Positions 22,901 through 32,701 of a stretch of DNA of 64,000 bases are shown in pieces. The notes below the pieces were generated by a model. The model did not search any database. It was given only the letters and a program-made list of their open reading frames with translations, and was not told where the DNA came from. The position numbers and the translations under genes were made by a program. Each line of letters begins with the position of its first letter. Positions within the stretch are counted from its first letter, which is position 1. The DNA is from an uncultured Candidatus Saccharibacteria bacterium (GTDB lineage: Bacteria; Patescibacteriota; Minisyncoccia; Phycocordibacterales; CALRHW01). The stretch is from NCBI GenBank assembly GCA_964390845.1, contig CAYMIL010000001.1:178448-242447 (forward strand), written 5' to 3'.

Positions 22901-23120
22901 TGTAGAAGAAGTAAAAGAAATAGCTACAAAAAAAGGTGACATGATGCTATTTTTGAAAATAGCTGATCTCACAAACAGTATTGAATGCGTTGTATTCCCT
23001 CGTGTGTATCAAGAATTTAAAACGCTATTCACCCCAGACTCATGTATTGCGATTAAAGGAAAGATGTCGATGCGCAACGGCATACCAAGTATCATCGCGG
23101 AAAAAGCTAAAGCGTTGTAA
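19914..23120 (+). CDS. dnaE: DNA polymerase III alpha subunit
   Basis: HLHTHSHYSLL, RGSVAGSLV, PDIDMD, KFDFLG, YGFNKAHA. Confidence 0.98.
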   Translation: MNRFVHLHTHSHYSLLNALPKISDLIDAAKKYEMPALALTDSGNLYGAIEFYKDCKKAGIKPIIGLDAYLAVRTRHDKQSGIDNSRFRLVLLAKNEVGYKNLIQLVTAGYLEGFYYKPRIDKELLKQYAEGLVCIAPSFSSDIALAIKAHDTQKARELIEWYTRIFGTDNFFIEISHHPEVPGHEDTMKSLVALARETQTNIVAAHDVYYIHTKDRLARETLMSIQTSGDRERISMEDIEEDFSFISPKEAEKYFKHIPDALDNTLRIADMCSLELELGKWVFPNYIVESGRSYDDEFRHVVYEGLARRGIEQTPEVTERIEYELKVIKDKGYAPYFLVVADLLKYAHKNKILTTIRGSVAGSLVTYLAHITNVNPLVYKLPFERFLNPERPSAPDIDMDYADNRRDEMIEYAKRKYGADRVAQIGTFGTMAARGSVRDVTRALGHPYGLGDRIAKLIPMGAQGFPMTIDRALAEVPDLKKMYREEKEVREIIDMAKKIEGAARHISVHAAGVVIAPRPLTDFVPLQYDTKGEQKIITQYDMHSVEDAGLLKFDFLGIKNLSILADAVSLVKKILDIDIDIENIPVDDTKTFEMLARGETIGLFQLNGTGMTRFLKELKPTRIFDINAMVALYRPGPLESIPQYIERKHNPSLVTYLDPRLKDILEQSYGVITYQDDVMLIAIKLAGYSWLEADKLRKAMGKKIPEEMEAQKGKLLEGFVKNGLSQEKADTLWKLIEPFAAYGFNKAHAASYGKVAYQTAYMKANFPAIYMSAVLTADSGDVEKIAEIIAECKRMNIPVLSPDINESWGGFSVISNEGGVGKGITEGGDKIRFGLYTIKNFGEGIADSIIAERKAHGKFTSLADFLNRIKDKNLNKKSLESLIKAGAMDAFGERGQMLANLEHLLAFNKEQSKHGDGQDSLFGLMSDTSTIPTLKLEPAPEATMAERLQWEKELLGLYLSGHPLDKFRDKLETKQFNIKKIREEATEGMTIVVGGIVEEVKEIATKKGDMMLFLKIADLTNSIECVVFPRVYQEFKTLFTPDSCIAIKGKMSMRNGIPSIIAEKAKAL

Positions 23121-23140
23121 AAACAAAAGTAAAAAAGAGA

Positions 23141-23170
23141 AGCCCCGCGCGACGGCTGTCGCGCGGGGCT
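23141..23170. terminator. Intrinsic terminator between dnaE and the convergent orphan
   Basis: 13-bp stem AGCCCCGCGCGAC/GTCGCGCGGGGCT; A-tract on the left is a U-tract for the minus strand. Confidence 0.8.
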
Positions 23171-23178
23171 AGGAAACC

Positions 23179-23877
23179 TTACCTGAAGTACTTGTGCCAA
23201 GGCTCATCAGGGACCAGTCCCATTTCAATAAGAGTATGACAGCTCCGGTGAAAGTGAGTGCCGTCTCTGATGGAGTACAAATGAATCCACCCCTTCTTGT
23301 TCGAGTCCTTCTCCTCTATGACCTCCTGTTGAATCCTTTTGAGCTGCTGGGCACGTATGCGCAGGAAGACAGACGCCGCCACACGGAGCTCTTCGGCGTT
23401 CACGCCCTGAAGAACAGCTGACAAGTCGCGACCCGGAATCATCTCAATCGAACAGAACTCTCGGAAGAGCCTGTCGAAGAGGCTGCGCGCCCAAGACTTC
23501 TTTGCGATGATGGCCTCAAGCTCCGTTATTCTCGCTCGCGCACGAATGATGCGACGAGGAAAATAGATGAAGACCGCAGAAACCAAGACCACCAAGGAGA
23601 CCAGTGCTATCACCCCGCAGAACTGATTGATGCGCGTAGAACCAAACCCAAGGAAGTAGCAGAATCCGCACGTGGTAAAGACCACGACGCTGGTAGCGAA
23701 CACGCAGAAGGAGTACCACATGTACAGATGGATACCCGCCATGCGCATGCTCTTCTCCAGCTCCAGATCCGACCACGCGGACTTCCGGAGAGTTTCAACC
23801 TCGATGCCGTGTTTCTTGGCATACAAACCAAGGAGGGGCGAACCCTCAATGACCGAGTTTTCAATCTGAATGTGCAT
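23179..23877 (-). CDS. GC3-rich orphan membrane protein (2 TM); alternative GTG start at 23925
   Basis: Two hydrophobic helices; AAAGGA SD before ATG at 23877; TTGACA-17-TATTGT promoter near 23973-24001. Confidence 0.7.
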   Translation of the reverse strand: MHIQIENSVIEGSPLLGLYAKKHGIEVETLRKSAWSDLELEKSMRMAGIHLYMWYSFCVFATSVVVFTTCGFCYFLGFGSTRINQFCGVIALVSLVVLVSAVFIYFPRRIIRARARITELEAIIAKKSWARSLFDRLFREFCSIEMIPGRDLSAVLQGVNAEELRVAASVFLRIRAQQLKRIQQEVIEEKDSNKKGWIHLYSIRDGTHFHRSCHTLIEMGLVPDEPWHKYFR

Positions 23878-24020
23878 GGAACCATTCCTTTCAGAGAACT
23901 CAATGGGGATTTCGGGTCCCGTCACACCATCCTGTTTCGACAGGAGGCCGACACTTCATTGATTCCATGCAAACAATATCACTAAAATACTGGTATGTCA
24001 ACTATCACGCACAACCTCTT

Positions 24021-24929
24021 TTATCGCCCCTTCACAAAACCACCCAACTGATTTACAAGTTCCCCCACCTGAGAAACAACACCTTCAAGAGAGCTCGCCT
24101 TTGCTGGCGTCTGCGGTGTCGCCGGAGTTACTGGCTTTGCCGGAGCTGGAATAGGCAAACCTGGTGGTATAAATTCTGGAGGTATTGTTGTTGGTGGAGT
24201 AAGCCACGGAAGGAAAGGTGCTATTGGAGTAATCGTTATTGGCTGTACCGCAGGCTCTTGCCCCTCTGGGACCTTGCACTGCTTCAGAGTAAAACCCGGT
24301 GTCGGTGTTGGAGTATATTCATAACACAGATCGACTGGCCCCTCAGCAACACCTGTACACCTGAGCTGGATTTTCCCAGGATACTGCGATGGGTGCACAA
24401 TGGTGCACTTTATTTCATTAAACGGTATATCGATTACAACATAGCACGCTGGCGCTGGGTCACCCGCCGGACAAATGAGTCTCAGAGTCACACACTGTAT
24501 ACCAAAAAATCCTGTATTTTTACAAACCTCCAATCTAAACTTCTCTCCACTTCCTGGTGGCACCTTTCTTACGCACACCGGGTCAAAACCTGGAATCTCC
24601 AAATACGTTCCCCCATTTTGCACACACCAATCTCTGAGTTTCTTATCTTTCGGAGGGGTTGGTGCGGGAGTTTGTGGTGTTGCTGGGCTTTGCGTGCCAT
24701 CAGAAGAAATCTGCTGTGGCAGTGCAGACGCAACAAGTGCCAAAAACGTATTTGATTTCATAAACGAAACCACCTGAGATACGAGATTGGATGTCATCTG
24801 TAATATTTTTTCTTCGTTTTGAGCAGATGATGCACCAACCTCTGCGCGTGCCACCATAGGGAAAACTATAGACACGAGCAACAAGAGACTTACACTCACA
24901 TGTATTGATTTTTTGCTATATCGTTTCAT
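24021..24929 (-). CDS. Secreted Cys-rich, Pro/Thr-rich hypothetical protein
   Basis: Signal peptide (..VARA/E), 10 Cys in the central domain, PATPQTPA linkers on both sides. Confidence 0.7.
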   Translation of the reverse strand: MKRYSKKSIHVSVSLLLLVSIVFPMVARAEVGASSAQNEEKILQMTSNLVSQVVSFMKSNTFLALVASALPQQISSDGTQSPATPQTPAPTPPKDKKLRDWCVQNGGTYLEIPGFDPVCVRKVPPGSGEKFRLEVCKNTGFFGIQCVTLRLICPAGDPAPACYVVIDIPFNEIKCTIVHPSQYPGKIQLRCTGVAEGPVDLCYEYTPTPTPGFTLKQCKVPEGQEPAVQPITITPIAPFLPWLTPPTTIPPEFIPPGLPIPAPAKPVTPATPQTPAKASSLEGVVSQVGELVNQLGGFVKGR

Positions 24930-24990
24930 GCCATTATTTTACCACAGATAGATATGGAAATAATGGCCCCAAACTGCTATTATCAGACGC

Positions 24991-26730
24991 ATGAACATAG
25001 AACATATACGACATTCCCTTGCCCACGTACTCGCTCGCGCGGTACGCACCCATTTCCCTGACGCTCGTCCAACCCTTGGCCCCGCTGTCGATAATGGCTT
25101 CTATTATGATTTTGAGTGCCCAACGCCGATTTCTGAAAAAGACCTCCCTCGACTTGAGAAGGAGATGCGTAAAATTCTCAAGAGCTGGAAAAGTTTTGAA
25201 GGCACTGAAGTATCTGCCGACGAAGCTCGTAAGATGTTTGCAGACAATCCATACAAACTTGAGCTTATTGATGAAATCATAAACAAGGGAGAAGCAATCA
25301 CTCTCTATACTTCGGGAGATTTTACGGATTTGTGTCGTGGTGGTCATGTAGAAAACCCATCTCAAGATATCGACCCCGACGCATTTACACTCGACCGCAT
25401 CGCGGGCGCATATTGGCGTGGCGATGAAAACAACGCGATGCTTACTCGCATCTACGGACTTGCGTTTGGCACAAAAGAAGAACTCGACGCATACGTAACC
25501 CAGCGCGAAGAAGCAAAAAAGCGCGATCACAAAAAAATCGGAAAAGAAATGGGGCTCTTTACCTTTTCAGAACTTGTTGGCGCAGGCCTTCCTTTGTGGA
25601 CACCAAAAGGCACAATCATGCGTGAACTTCTCAATGATTTTGTGTGGGAACTTCGTCGTGCAAAAGGTTACCAAAAAGTGGCGATTCCACATATCACAAA
25701 AAAGGCACTCTACGAAACATCTGGACACTGGAGCAAATATGCTGACGAACTCTTCAAAATAGAAACCCGAGAAAAACATTTGTATGCGATGAAGCCGATG
25801 AACTGCCCTCATCACACACAGATTTTTGATAGCGCCCCAAAAAGCTACCGAGACATGCCCCAGCGATACTGCGAGACAACCATGGTATACCGCGATGAGC
25901 AGTCTGGTGAGCTTTCTGGCCTTTCACGCGTACTCTCTATCACTCAAGATGACGCCCATGTCTTCTGTCGCGTCAATCAAGTAGAAGAAGAAATCTTCAG
26001 CGTCTGGGATATTATCGACCAATTCTACGGCGCGTTTGGTTTCAAGGACGTCCGTGTCCGCATCTCAAAACACGACCCAGCACATCCTGAAAAATATCTT
26101 GGTACACCCGATATATGGGCAACAGCGGAAGAACAGCTCACACGCCTCGTAGAAAAGCGCGGTGTCAAAAACTGGATAGATGGCGTTGGTGAAGCCGCTA
26201 TTTACGGACCGAAAATTGATTTTATCGCAAAGGATTCTATTGGCCGATCGCTACAGGTAGCAACAATTCAGCTCGACTACAACATGCCGAGAAACTTTGC
26301 TTTGGAGTGCACCAATGAAAAAGGAGAAAAAGAACCGGTGGTCATGATTCATTGCGCGATCATGGGTTCTATCGAGCGATTCATGTCCACCCTCATCGAG
26401 CATTACGCCGGCAATTTCCCCCTATGGCTTCACCCAACTCAGGTAAAGGTTATTCCTATCGGTGAGACTCATATTGCACATGCGCGAGAGATACACGACG
26501 CACTCGTTTCAACCGGTGTCCGCGCAGAGCTCGCAGACGACAGTGAGAATTTCGGTAAGAAAATCCGCTCAGGAAAGGTGGACAAGATACCTTACATGAT
26601 TATCGTCGGCGATAAAGAAGTTGAATCACACACATTCACACTCGAAAGCAGAGACTCTGGCAACCTTGGAGCAATGAGCGCACCAGACATACTCGCGCGT
26701 ATTACCCACGAAATCTCCGAAAAGAAATAA
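24991..26730 (+). CDS. thrS: Threonine--tRNA ligase (lacking N-terminal TGS domain)
   Basis: RHSLAH, DLCRGGH, KPMNCPHH, YGPKID, GSIERF. Confidence 0.97.
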   Translation: MNIEHIRHSLAHVLARAVRTHFPDARPTLGPAVDNGFYYDFECPTPISEKDLPRLEKEMRKILKSWKSFEGTEVSADEARKMFADNPYKLELIDEIINKGEAITLYTSGDFTDLCRGGHVENPSQDIDPDAFTLDRIAGAYWRGDENNAMLTRIYGLAFGTKEELDAYVTQREEAKKRDHKKIGKEMGLFTFSELVGAGLPLWTPKGTIMRELLNDFVWELRRAKGYQKVAIPHITKKALYETSGHWSKYADELFKIETREKHLYAMKPMNCPHHTQIFDSAPKSYRDMPQRYCETTMVYRDEQSGELSGLSRVLSITQDDAHVFCRVNQVEEEIFSVWDIIDQFYGAFGFKDVRVRISKHDPAHPEKYLGTPDIWATAEEQLTRLVEKRGVKNWIDGVGEAAIYGPKIDFIAKDSIGRSLQVATIQLDYNMPRNFALECTNEKGEKEPVVMIHCAIMGSIERFMSTLIEHYAGNFPLWLHPTQVKVIPIGETHIAHAREIHDALVSTGVRAELADDSENFGKKIRSGKVDKIPYMIIVGDKEVESHTFTLESRDSGNLGAMSAPDILARITHEISEKK

Positions 26731-26733
26731 GCG

Positions 26734-27483
26734 CTACACTCCAGCGAGTTTGATTGCAACAAACAAGACCGCCATACCAGCAACAGTCATTACTGTTGTC
26801 CAACGTGTTGGATGACTGTGATGGCTTTCTGGCAAGAGGTCGCTTGCGCCAATATACAAGAAGAAGCCAGCGAATATCGCAAGAACAAGGCCGAGTATAC
26901 CCTCCGGAACACTGAAGAAAAGCGTCGATAGTACGCCGAGAACAGGCGCAAGCGCATCAACAGCAAGCCATCGCATTGCTGTTTTTCGTTCACCCTTATT
27001 TTTTAGAATCATATTTACCGTATTGATACCATCAGAAAAATCATGTACGAGAACAGCGGCCGCCACGATAAAACCAACAGACGATGACACCTGAAATGCA
27101 AGACCAATTGCCATACCGTCGATAAAACTATGCACCGCGAGACTACCGGCACCAAGAATTCCTCGACGATGATGCGCGCACGCATGGCTCTCATCGTGCT
27201 CATGAACATCGTGATGCGTATGGCCGTGCATGATAATAAATCGATCAAGAATCATATACGCAACAAAACCAAGCGCAACAAGCGCCGTGATACTTGAGAT
27301 GTCCGTGACGTGCTCCGCAAGCTCAATTGCTTCTGGAATCAAATCAAAAAACGCAACGCCGATAACAGCACCCGCGCTGAAACCCAAAATGAGATGCAAC
27401 TTATCTTTAAAACGGAGTGCGAACAAACCACCAAACAATGTAAACAAAAACGCGGCACACACAATCAGAATATATGTAATCAT
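26734..27483 (-). CDS. ZIP-family zinc/metal transporter
   Basis: His-rich loop, HSFIDG, HDFSDG, DLLPE, ~8 TM. Confidence 0.9.
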   Translation of the reverse strand: MITYILIVCAAFLFTLFGGLFALRFKDKLHLILGFSAGAVIGVAFFDLIPEAIELAEHVTDISSITALVALGFVAYMILDRFIIMHGHTHHDVHEHDESHACAHHRRGILGAGSLAVHSFIDGMAIGLAFQVSSSVGFIVAAAVLVHDFSDGINTVNMILKNKGERKTAMRWLAVDALAPVLGVLSTLFFSVPEGILGLVLAIFAGFFLYIGASDLLPESHHSHPTRWTTVMTVAGMAVLFVAIKLAGV

Positions 27484-27495
27484 AAATATACAGGG

Positions 27496-27834
27496 TTATA
27501 CCACACAGCGGGCACATGTACCGTGCACGACAATATCGCGAATAACTGCGCGTGACGGGAGTCGAGATACTGTAGAGGTTTCGATTGATTCGATGCCGCC
27601 ACAGCCATCACAGACAAAATGACCGTGGTCATGATGTCCAACAAGTTCATACAACACAACATCCTTGCGTGGATATATCTTTCGCACAATACCTTCCGTG
27701 CACAACTGCTCAAGGTTACGGAAAATTGTCGAAAAATCTGCACGACGCACTTTTTTTCTTATGTCTGAAATAGACAGCAAGTGCGCCTGCGTCAACGCCT
27801 GAAGTATTGAATCTTTATACATACTTGTACGCAT
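27496..27834 (-). CDS. Fur-family metalloregulator (Zur-like)
   Basis: STIFRNL helix, HHDHGHFVCDGCG, GTCARC. Confidence 0.88.
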   Translation of the reverse strand: MRTSMYKDSILQALTQAHLLSISDIRKKVRRADFSTIFRNLEQLCTEGIVRKIYPRKDVVLYELVGHHDHGHFVCDGCGGIESIETSTVSRLPSRAVIRDIVVHGTCARCVV

Positions 27835-27850
27835 GCACGCACTATACATT

Positions 27851-27871
27851 AAATGCAAACGACTTGCAAAT
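27851..27871. promoter_or_regulatory. Putative Fur-family operator TGCAA-N5-TTGCA overlapping the -35 of the fur/ZIP promoter
   Basis: Inverted repeat at 27854-27868 between divergent genes; minus-strand TTGCAA-17-TATAGT. Confidence 0.6.
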
Positions 27872-27905
27872 AGAAATATCACGCTGGTACTGCTATACTG
27901 TCCTC

Positions 27906-29069
27906 ATGAAGAAATATATCGCTCTCGCATGCGCGTGTGTTGTTGGTTTGTCTGTGTCCGCAACGCCCCTACATGCACAGGAACTTATTCAGGATACAGT
28001 TGCGATTGTAAAAGCGCGCGTGCTTTCTGTAGAGCACGAAGAACGTCGTACTGTCCCCGGCACTGATCTTGAAAGTACATTTCAAACGTTACACGTAGAG
28101 ATACGTGAGGGCGCACAGCAAGGTAAGACCATAACACTTGAAAACGACTATGTGCCACTACGCGCCGGAGAAACTTTTTTTCTCCGCACAACAGTGCACG
28201 GATTTGATGGAAGTGCTTCATATTCTGTCGCAGACCCCAATCGACTCCCTCCCCTCATCTTCTTTACCTGTCTATTTGTCCTCCTTGTCTTTGTATTCGG
28301 AGGCATCCAAGGTATCCGCGGACTCGCAAGTCTCGCTGGTAGCTTGGTCTTGATTTTATATGTACTGCTCCCAGGCATCCTCCAAGGACACTCACCAATT
28401 CTTGTGAGTCTCGGCGTATCGTCGCTCATTATTATTCTAGGCTCATATATCACTCACGGCTTCAACAAAACGACAACCTCCGCCGTTGTCGGCATGATTG
28501 GCACTGTTGTTATTACGGGAGCGCTTGCGTATTGGGCCGTACACTGGGCACGCCTCAGTGGTTTCAGCGACGAAGAAGCAATGTATCTCAACTTTGACAC
28601 GCGTGGCTCAATAGATTTCATCGGGCTACTTCTCGGTGGCATGCTTATCGGCTTGCTTGGCGTACTCTACGATGTAGCAATCGGGCAAGCAATTTCTGTT
28701 GAAGAGCTACATCATGTGGCGCCACACTTACCACGAAAAACAATCTTCACACGCGCTGTACGTATCGGACGTGAGCATATTGGCGCACTTGTAAACACAC
28801 TTGCGATTGCATATGTAGGTGTTTCACTTCCACTTCTTCTGCTCTATGTACACTCTTCAAACACATCCGTGTTTATCACAATGAATCGAGAAATATTTGC
28901 CACAGAAATTATTCGCACCATGGTCGGAAGTATCGGCCTTGTGGTAGCTGTTCCGATTACTACATATATCGCGGTGCTTATGCTTATGAAGAAGGCCGCG
29001 CCTGTAGATGACGCGACCATCAAAAAGGAAACGGAGGCACTAACGCACGCACACGTGCATCACCACTAA
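27906..29069 (+). CDS. YibE/F-family membrane protein with His-rich tail
   Basis: LGVLYDVAI, GREHIGALVNTLAIAYVG, EIIRTMVGSIG; ends HAHVHHH. Confidence 0.88.
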   Translation: MKKYIALACACVVGLSVSATPLHAQELIQDTVAIVKARVLSVEHEERRTVPGTDLESTFQTLHVEIREGAQQGKTITLENDYVPLRAGETFFLRTTVHGFDGSASYSVADPNRLPPLIFFTCLFVLLVFVFGGIQGIRGLASLAGSLVLILYVLLPGILQGHSPILVSLGVSSLIIILGSYITHGFNKTTTSAVVGMIGTVVITGALAYWAVHWARLSGFSDEEAMYLNFDTRGSIDFIGLLLGGMLIGLLGVLYDVAIGQAISVEELHHVAPHLPRKTIFTRAVRIGREHIGALVNTLAIAYVGVSLPLLLLYVHSSNTSVFITMNREIFATEIIRTMVGSIGLVVAVPITTYIAVLMLMKKAAPVDDATIKKETEALTHAHVHHH

Positions 29070-29070
29070 C

Positions 29071-31749
29071 CTACGCCCGTGCGTCTACTGGCGCAATAAC
29101 ATTCTCCGCAATCAGACTCCCCCTTCTTCCCTTCTTCACATCAAACGTAAACTCACCATTCTTCATTCCCACAGATACCGCACCACCCTTCATGAGACCC
29201 TTTGAGATAATAAGTGACGCAACCGGTGTAAGAATCTTGTTTTGAATAATGCGCTTGAGTGGGCGCGCGCCATAATGAGGGTTGTATCCTTCTTTTGCTA
29301 GATACGAGAGCACGTCAGCAGACACGTCGAGCTTAATCTCTTTTGCAAGCAAGCGCTCAATCACTATATCTACTTGGATTTTCACAATCTGCTCAATAGA
29401 CTGCGGAGAAAGTACGTCGAAGACAACGATATCATCAAGGCGATTGAGAAATTCTGGTCGGAAGTACTCCTTGAGACTATCCATGAGCTTAGACTTTACT
29501 GTTTCGTACTGCTCTTTTTCTCCACCAGCAGAAAATCCGAGTTTCTGCATGCGGTCGATGTGTTGTGCGCCAATATTTGATGTCAGGATAATGACTGTGT
29601 TTTTGAAATTCACCGTTCTACCTTTTGCATCCGTGAGACGACCGTTGTCGAGCACCTGAAGAAGTATGTTAAACACTTCTGGATGCGCTTTCTCAATTTC
29701 GTCAAAGAGAATAACTGAGTATGGTCGGTGACGCACAGTCTCGGTCAGGCTTCCACCTTCATCATGACCCACATATCCCGGCGGCGCACCGATGAGCTTT
29801 GAAACTGAATGTTTCTCCATAAATTCAGACATATCGACACGAATAAGTGCCTTGTCATCGTTGAACATAAACTCCGCGAGAGCTTTTGTAAGCTCGGTTT
29901 TTCCAACACCGGTAGGACCAAGAAAGATAAACGAGCCAATTGGTCTGTTTGGATCGGCAATGCCCGCGCGGGAACGCTTGATTGTGTCTGAAATTTTCTG
30001 AACAGCTTCATCCTGGCCAACAATGCGCTTCTTGAGAACATCCTCCATGCGTGAAAGTTTTTCTGCTTCAGCCTCAAGCATGCGAGACACCGGGATACCT
30101 GTCCATCGTGCTACAACTTCTGCAATATCAGACTCTTTAATTTCTTCACGAATAATACTTCGAGAGCTCTGGAGTTTCTTAAGACGCTTTGTCTTTGTAT
30201 CAAGCTCTTTTTCAAGTGCTGGAATCTTTCCGTATCGGATTTCGGCCGCGCGAGCTAAGTCGATGCGTGTTTCAGCGGCTTCTGCCTCAAGGCGAAGTTT
30301 TTCGAGATCTTTCTTAATTGTCTTTATATCCGCAACAGTTTCTTTTTCGTTTTTCCACTTAAGCTCAATTTCGGATGTCTGCTCTTTGAGGTCTGCGATT
30401 TCCTTTTCGATTTCTTTTACGCGCGCCTTCGTCTTTGGAGTTTTTTCCTTAGAAAGAGCCTGCTTTTCTATTTCAAGGCGCATCAAACGAGCGTGCGCCT
30501 CCTCGAGCACTGGCGGCATATTTTCAAGAGAGATTTTGAGCTGAGATGCAGACTCGTCGATAAGGTCGACAGCTTTGTCCGGCAAAAATCTGTCAGAAAT
30601 ATATCTACTACTGAGATTTACCGCCGCAACAATTGCATCATCGGTAATGCGTACACCGTGGTACAACTCATACTTTTCTTTAAGTCCACGTAATATTGTA
30701 ATTGCATCTTCAATGCCCGGCTCATTGATATACACCGGCTGAAAGCGTCGGGTCAGCGCTGGATCTTTTTCAATATGTTTCTGATACTCCTTGAGCGTTG
30801 TCGCACCAATAGCTCGCAACTCGCCACGAGCAAGAGGTGGCTTGAGCATATTTGAAGCATCGATAGAACCCTCCGCCGCACCTGCACCGACAATAGTATG
30901 TATCTCATCGATAAATAAGATAATTTTCCCATCGGAACGCTCGATTTCCTTCAGGATATTTTTGAGACGCTCTTCAAACTCACCACGATACTTCGTACCA
31001 GCAATAAGTAGACCGAGGTCAAGCGACACAAGCTCTTTGTCTTTGAGAGATTCGGGCACATTACCTGTTGCCATACGAATAGCAAGACCTTCAGCAATCG
31101 CGGTCTTTCCTACACCAGCCTCACCGATAAGAATCGGGTTATTTTTCTTTCGTCGAGACAAAATCTGGATGATGCGAGAAATTTCATTGTCGCGACCAAT
31201 AACAGGGTCAAGCTTATTTTCCTGCGCAAGCTTTGTGAGACTGCGTGTATATTTTGCAATCGACTTAAACTTCTTTGGTTGCTGGACATCAGTCACCTTC
31301 GAATGCTTCAGCTCTTCGAGAAGTTTGAGGACGTGATTTTTATCAATCTTGAATCGCGACAAAATCTCGCGCGCTGTTCCTGGCACATCGGTAATCGCGA
31401 CAAACAAATGTTCTGTTGATACAAACTCGTCATTGAGGCTCGATGCAATCTTTACACCATTTTCGATGGTGTGAGCGAGCTCGGGTGTAAGGTAAATCTG
31501 ATACGATGGCGCAAGGGTTGAGGTTGTCTCCGGAGACTCAATCGCCTCAAGAATAGAGTCTGTAAGCAAAATAGTGTCTACCTCCAAGCGATCAAGAATA
31601 GACGACACCATACTCTCCTCTTGCATGATAAGCGATGCGAGCAAATGGAGCGGATTGACATGGTTTTGTCCCCGCTCAATAGCAAGCTCGTGAGCCTTTC
31701 GTATTGCTTCTTTTGCCTTTGTGGTGAAGTGGTTAAATGATGGGGGCAT
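29071..31749 (-). CDS. clpB: Hsp100 chaperone, ClpB-type
   Basis: Two AAA+ modules ([16 protein letters not shown]), long M-domain (AAEIRYG), RPEFLNR. Confidence 0.9.
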   Translation of the reverse strand: MPPSFNHFTTKAKEAIRKAHELAIERGQNHVNPLHLLASLIMQEESMVSSILDRLEVDTILLTDSILEAIESPETTSTLAPSYQIYLTPELAHTIENGVKIASSLNDEFVSTEHLFVAITDVPGTAREILSRFKIDKNHVLKLLEELKHSKVTDVQQPKKFKSIAKYTRSLTKLAQENKLDPVIGRDNEISRIIQILSRRKKNNPILIGEAGVGKTAIAEGLAIRMATGNVPESLKDKELVSLDLGLLIAGTKYRGEFEERLKNILKEIERSDGKIILFIDEIHTIVGAGAAEGSIDASNMLKPPLARGELRAIGATTLKEYQKHIEKDPALTRRFQPVYINEPGIEDAITILRGLKEKYELYHGVRITDDAIVAAVNLSSRYISDRFLPDKAVDLIDESASQLKISLENMPPVLEEAHARLMRLEIEKQALSKEKTPKTKARVKEIEKEIADLKEQTSEIELKWKNEKETVADIKTIKKDLEKLRLEAEAAETRIDLARAAEIRYGKIPALEKELDTKTKRLKKLQSSRSIIREEIKESDIAEVVARWTGIPVSRMLEAEAEKLSRMEDVLKKRIVGQDEAVQKISDTIKRSRAGIADPNRPIGSFIFLGPTGVGKTELTKALAEFMFNDDKALIRVDMSEFMEKHSVSKLIGAPPGYVGHDEGGSLTETVRHRPYSVILFDEIEKAHPEVFNILLQVLDNGRLTDAKGRTVNFKNTVIILTSNIGAQHIDRMQKLGFSAGGEKEQYETVKSKLMDSLKEYFRPEFLNRLDDIVVFDVLSPQSIEQIVKIQVDIVIERLLAKEIKLDVSADVLSYLAKEGYNPHYGARPLKRIIQNKILTPVASLIISKGLMKGGAVSVGMKNGEFTFDVKKGRRGSLIAENVIAPVDARA

Positions 31750-31826
31750 ATATCTTATAGACGTTATAGCACAGCGGTATAATACAACACATCTAATACC
31801 ACTGTCTACATGTGTAAAAAAACGAC

Positions 31827-32636
31827 CTACTCAGCACTATCCTTTGCAGAAAGGGCTGATACAACAACACTCATTGGCGCAAACGTACTTCCCTGACCAA
31901 ACACATCATCCATCGTATCAAAACCCACAATCTGTCCTGACAAACTCACAAGTGGAGCGCCTGGAGTTGGGTCTTTCGATGGAATATCTGTCTCTATTAC
32001 CGTAAGAGATCCCGACGACCCTTGTATAGATACATCTCGACGCAATGCAGTCACTCGCCCCACCGCAACAGTGTCACGTTCCGCGCCAGTGATAGCAATG
32101 ACCGTCTGCCCGAGTTGAAGCGTATCAGAATTTCCAAACACCGCAGGGACAAGAGTCTTCTTTTCTTCATCGGGTATACCATCTTTTAGACGAAACAGTA
32201 CGAGTCCTGAGCGCACTCCCGCAAAAGCAACTGGGTAATCCTTGCCATTTGAAAGAAGGGCGCTGTATTCGACATTTCTACTATAACTTTTCATTCCCGT
32301 AACAATGAGCCCGTCTGCACCTACTACAAGGCCGAGGCTCGCCACCGCCGCACCCGCATGGATACGAGCGACACTCTTTGAATTTTTACTAATCGCGTCG
32401 ACCACAAGGTCTTCTTCCTTCACGACAACTGTCGTTTCTTTTGTAATTGTTTGTGTGTTATCTGATGACGGAGTCACCTTTTCTATAGTCCGCTCAACAA
32501 CGCGATTAATCGTCTGCGAAACAACCTGTGGCGCCTCATTAAGCAACGAAAATGTGATGATTCCTGTCCCAATAGATGTAACGAAGCTGACGAGCAAACA
32601 CAGAAGAACGATTTGTGTTTTTGTGAGATCCTCCAT
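31827..32636 (-). CDS. Membrane-anchored trypsin-like (HtrA/S1C-fold) protein, probably catalytically inactive
   Basis: N-terminal TM; DGLIVT, GNSDTLQLGQTVIAI, IETDI..GAPLVSLSGQIVG; catalytic His/Ser not evident. Confidence 0.75.
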   Translation of the reverse strand: MEDLTKTQIVLLCLLVSFVTSIGTGIITFSLLNEAPQVVSQTINRVVERTIEKVTPSSDNTQTITKETTVVVKEEDLVVDAISKNSKSVARIHAGAAVASLGLVVGADGLIVTGMKSYSRNVEYSALLSNGKDYPVAFAGVRSGLVLFRLKDGIPDEEKKTLVPAVFGNSDTLQLGQTVIAITGAERDTVAVGRVTALRRDVSIQGSSGSLTVIETDIPSKDPTPGAPLVSLSGQIVGFDTMDDVFGQGSTFAPMSVVVSALSAKDSAE

Positions 32637-32701
32637 TGCCCTTCATCATAGAAAAAAGGAGCCACTTTTGCAAACAATACTTTTTTTATATAATGAAACC
32701 C

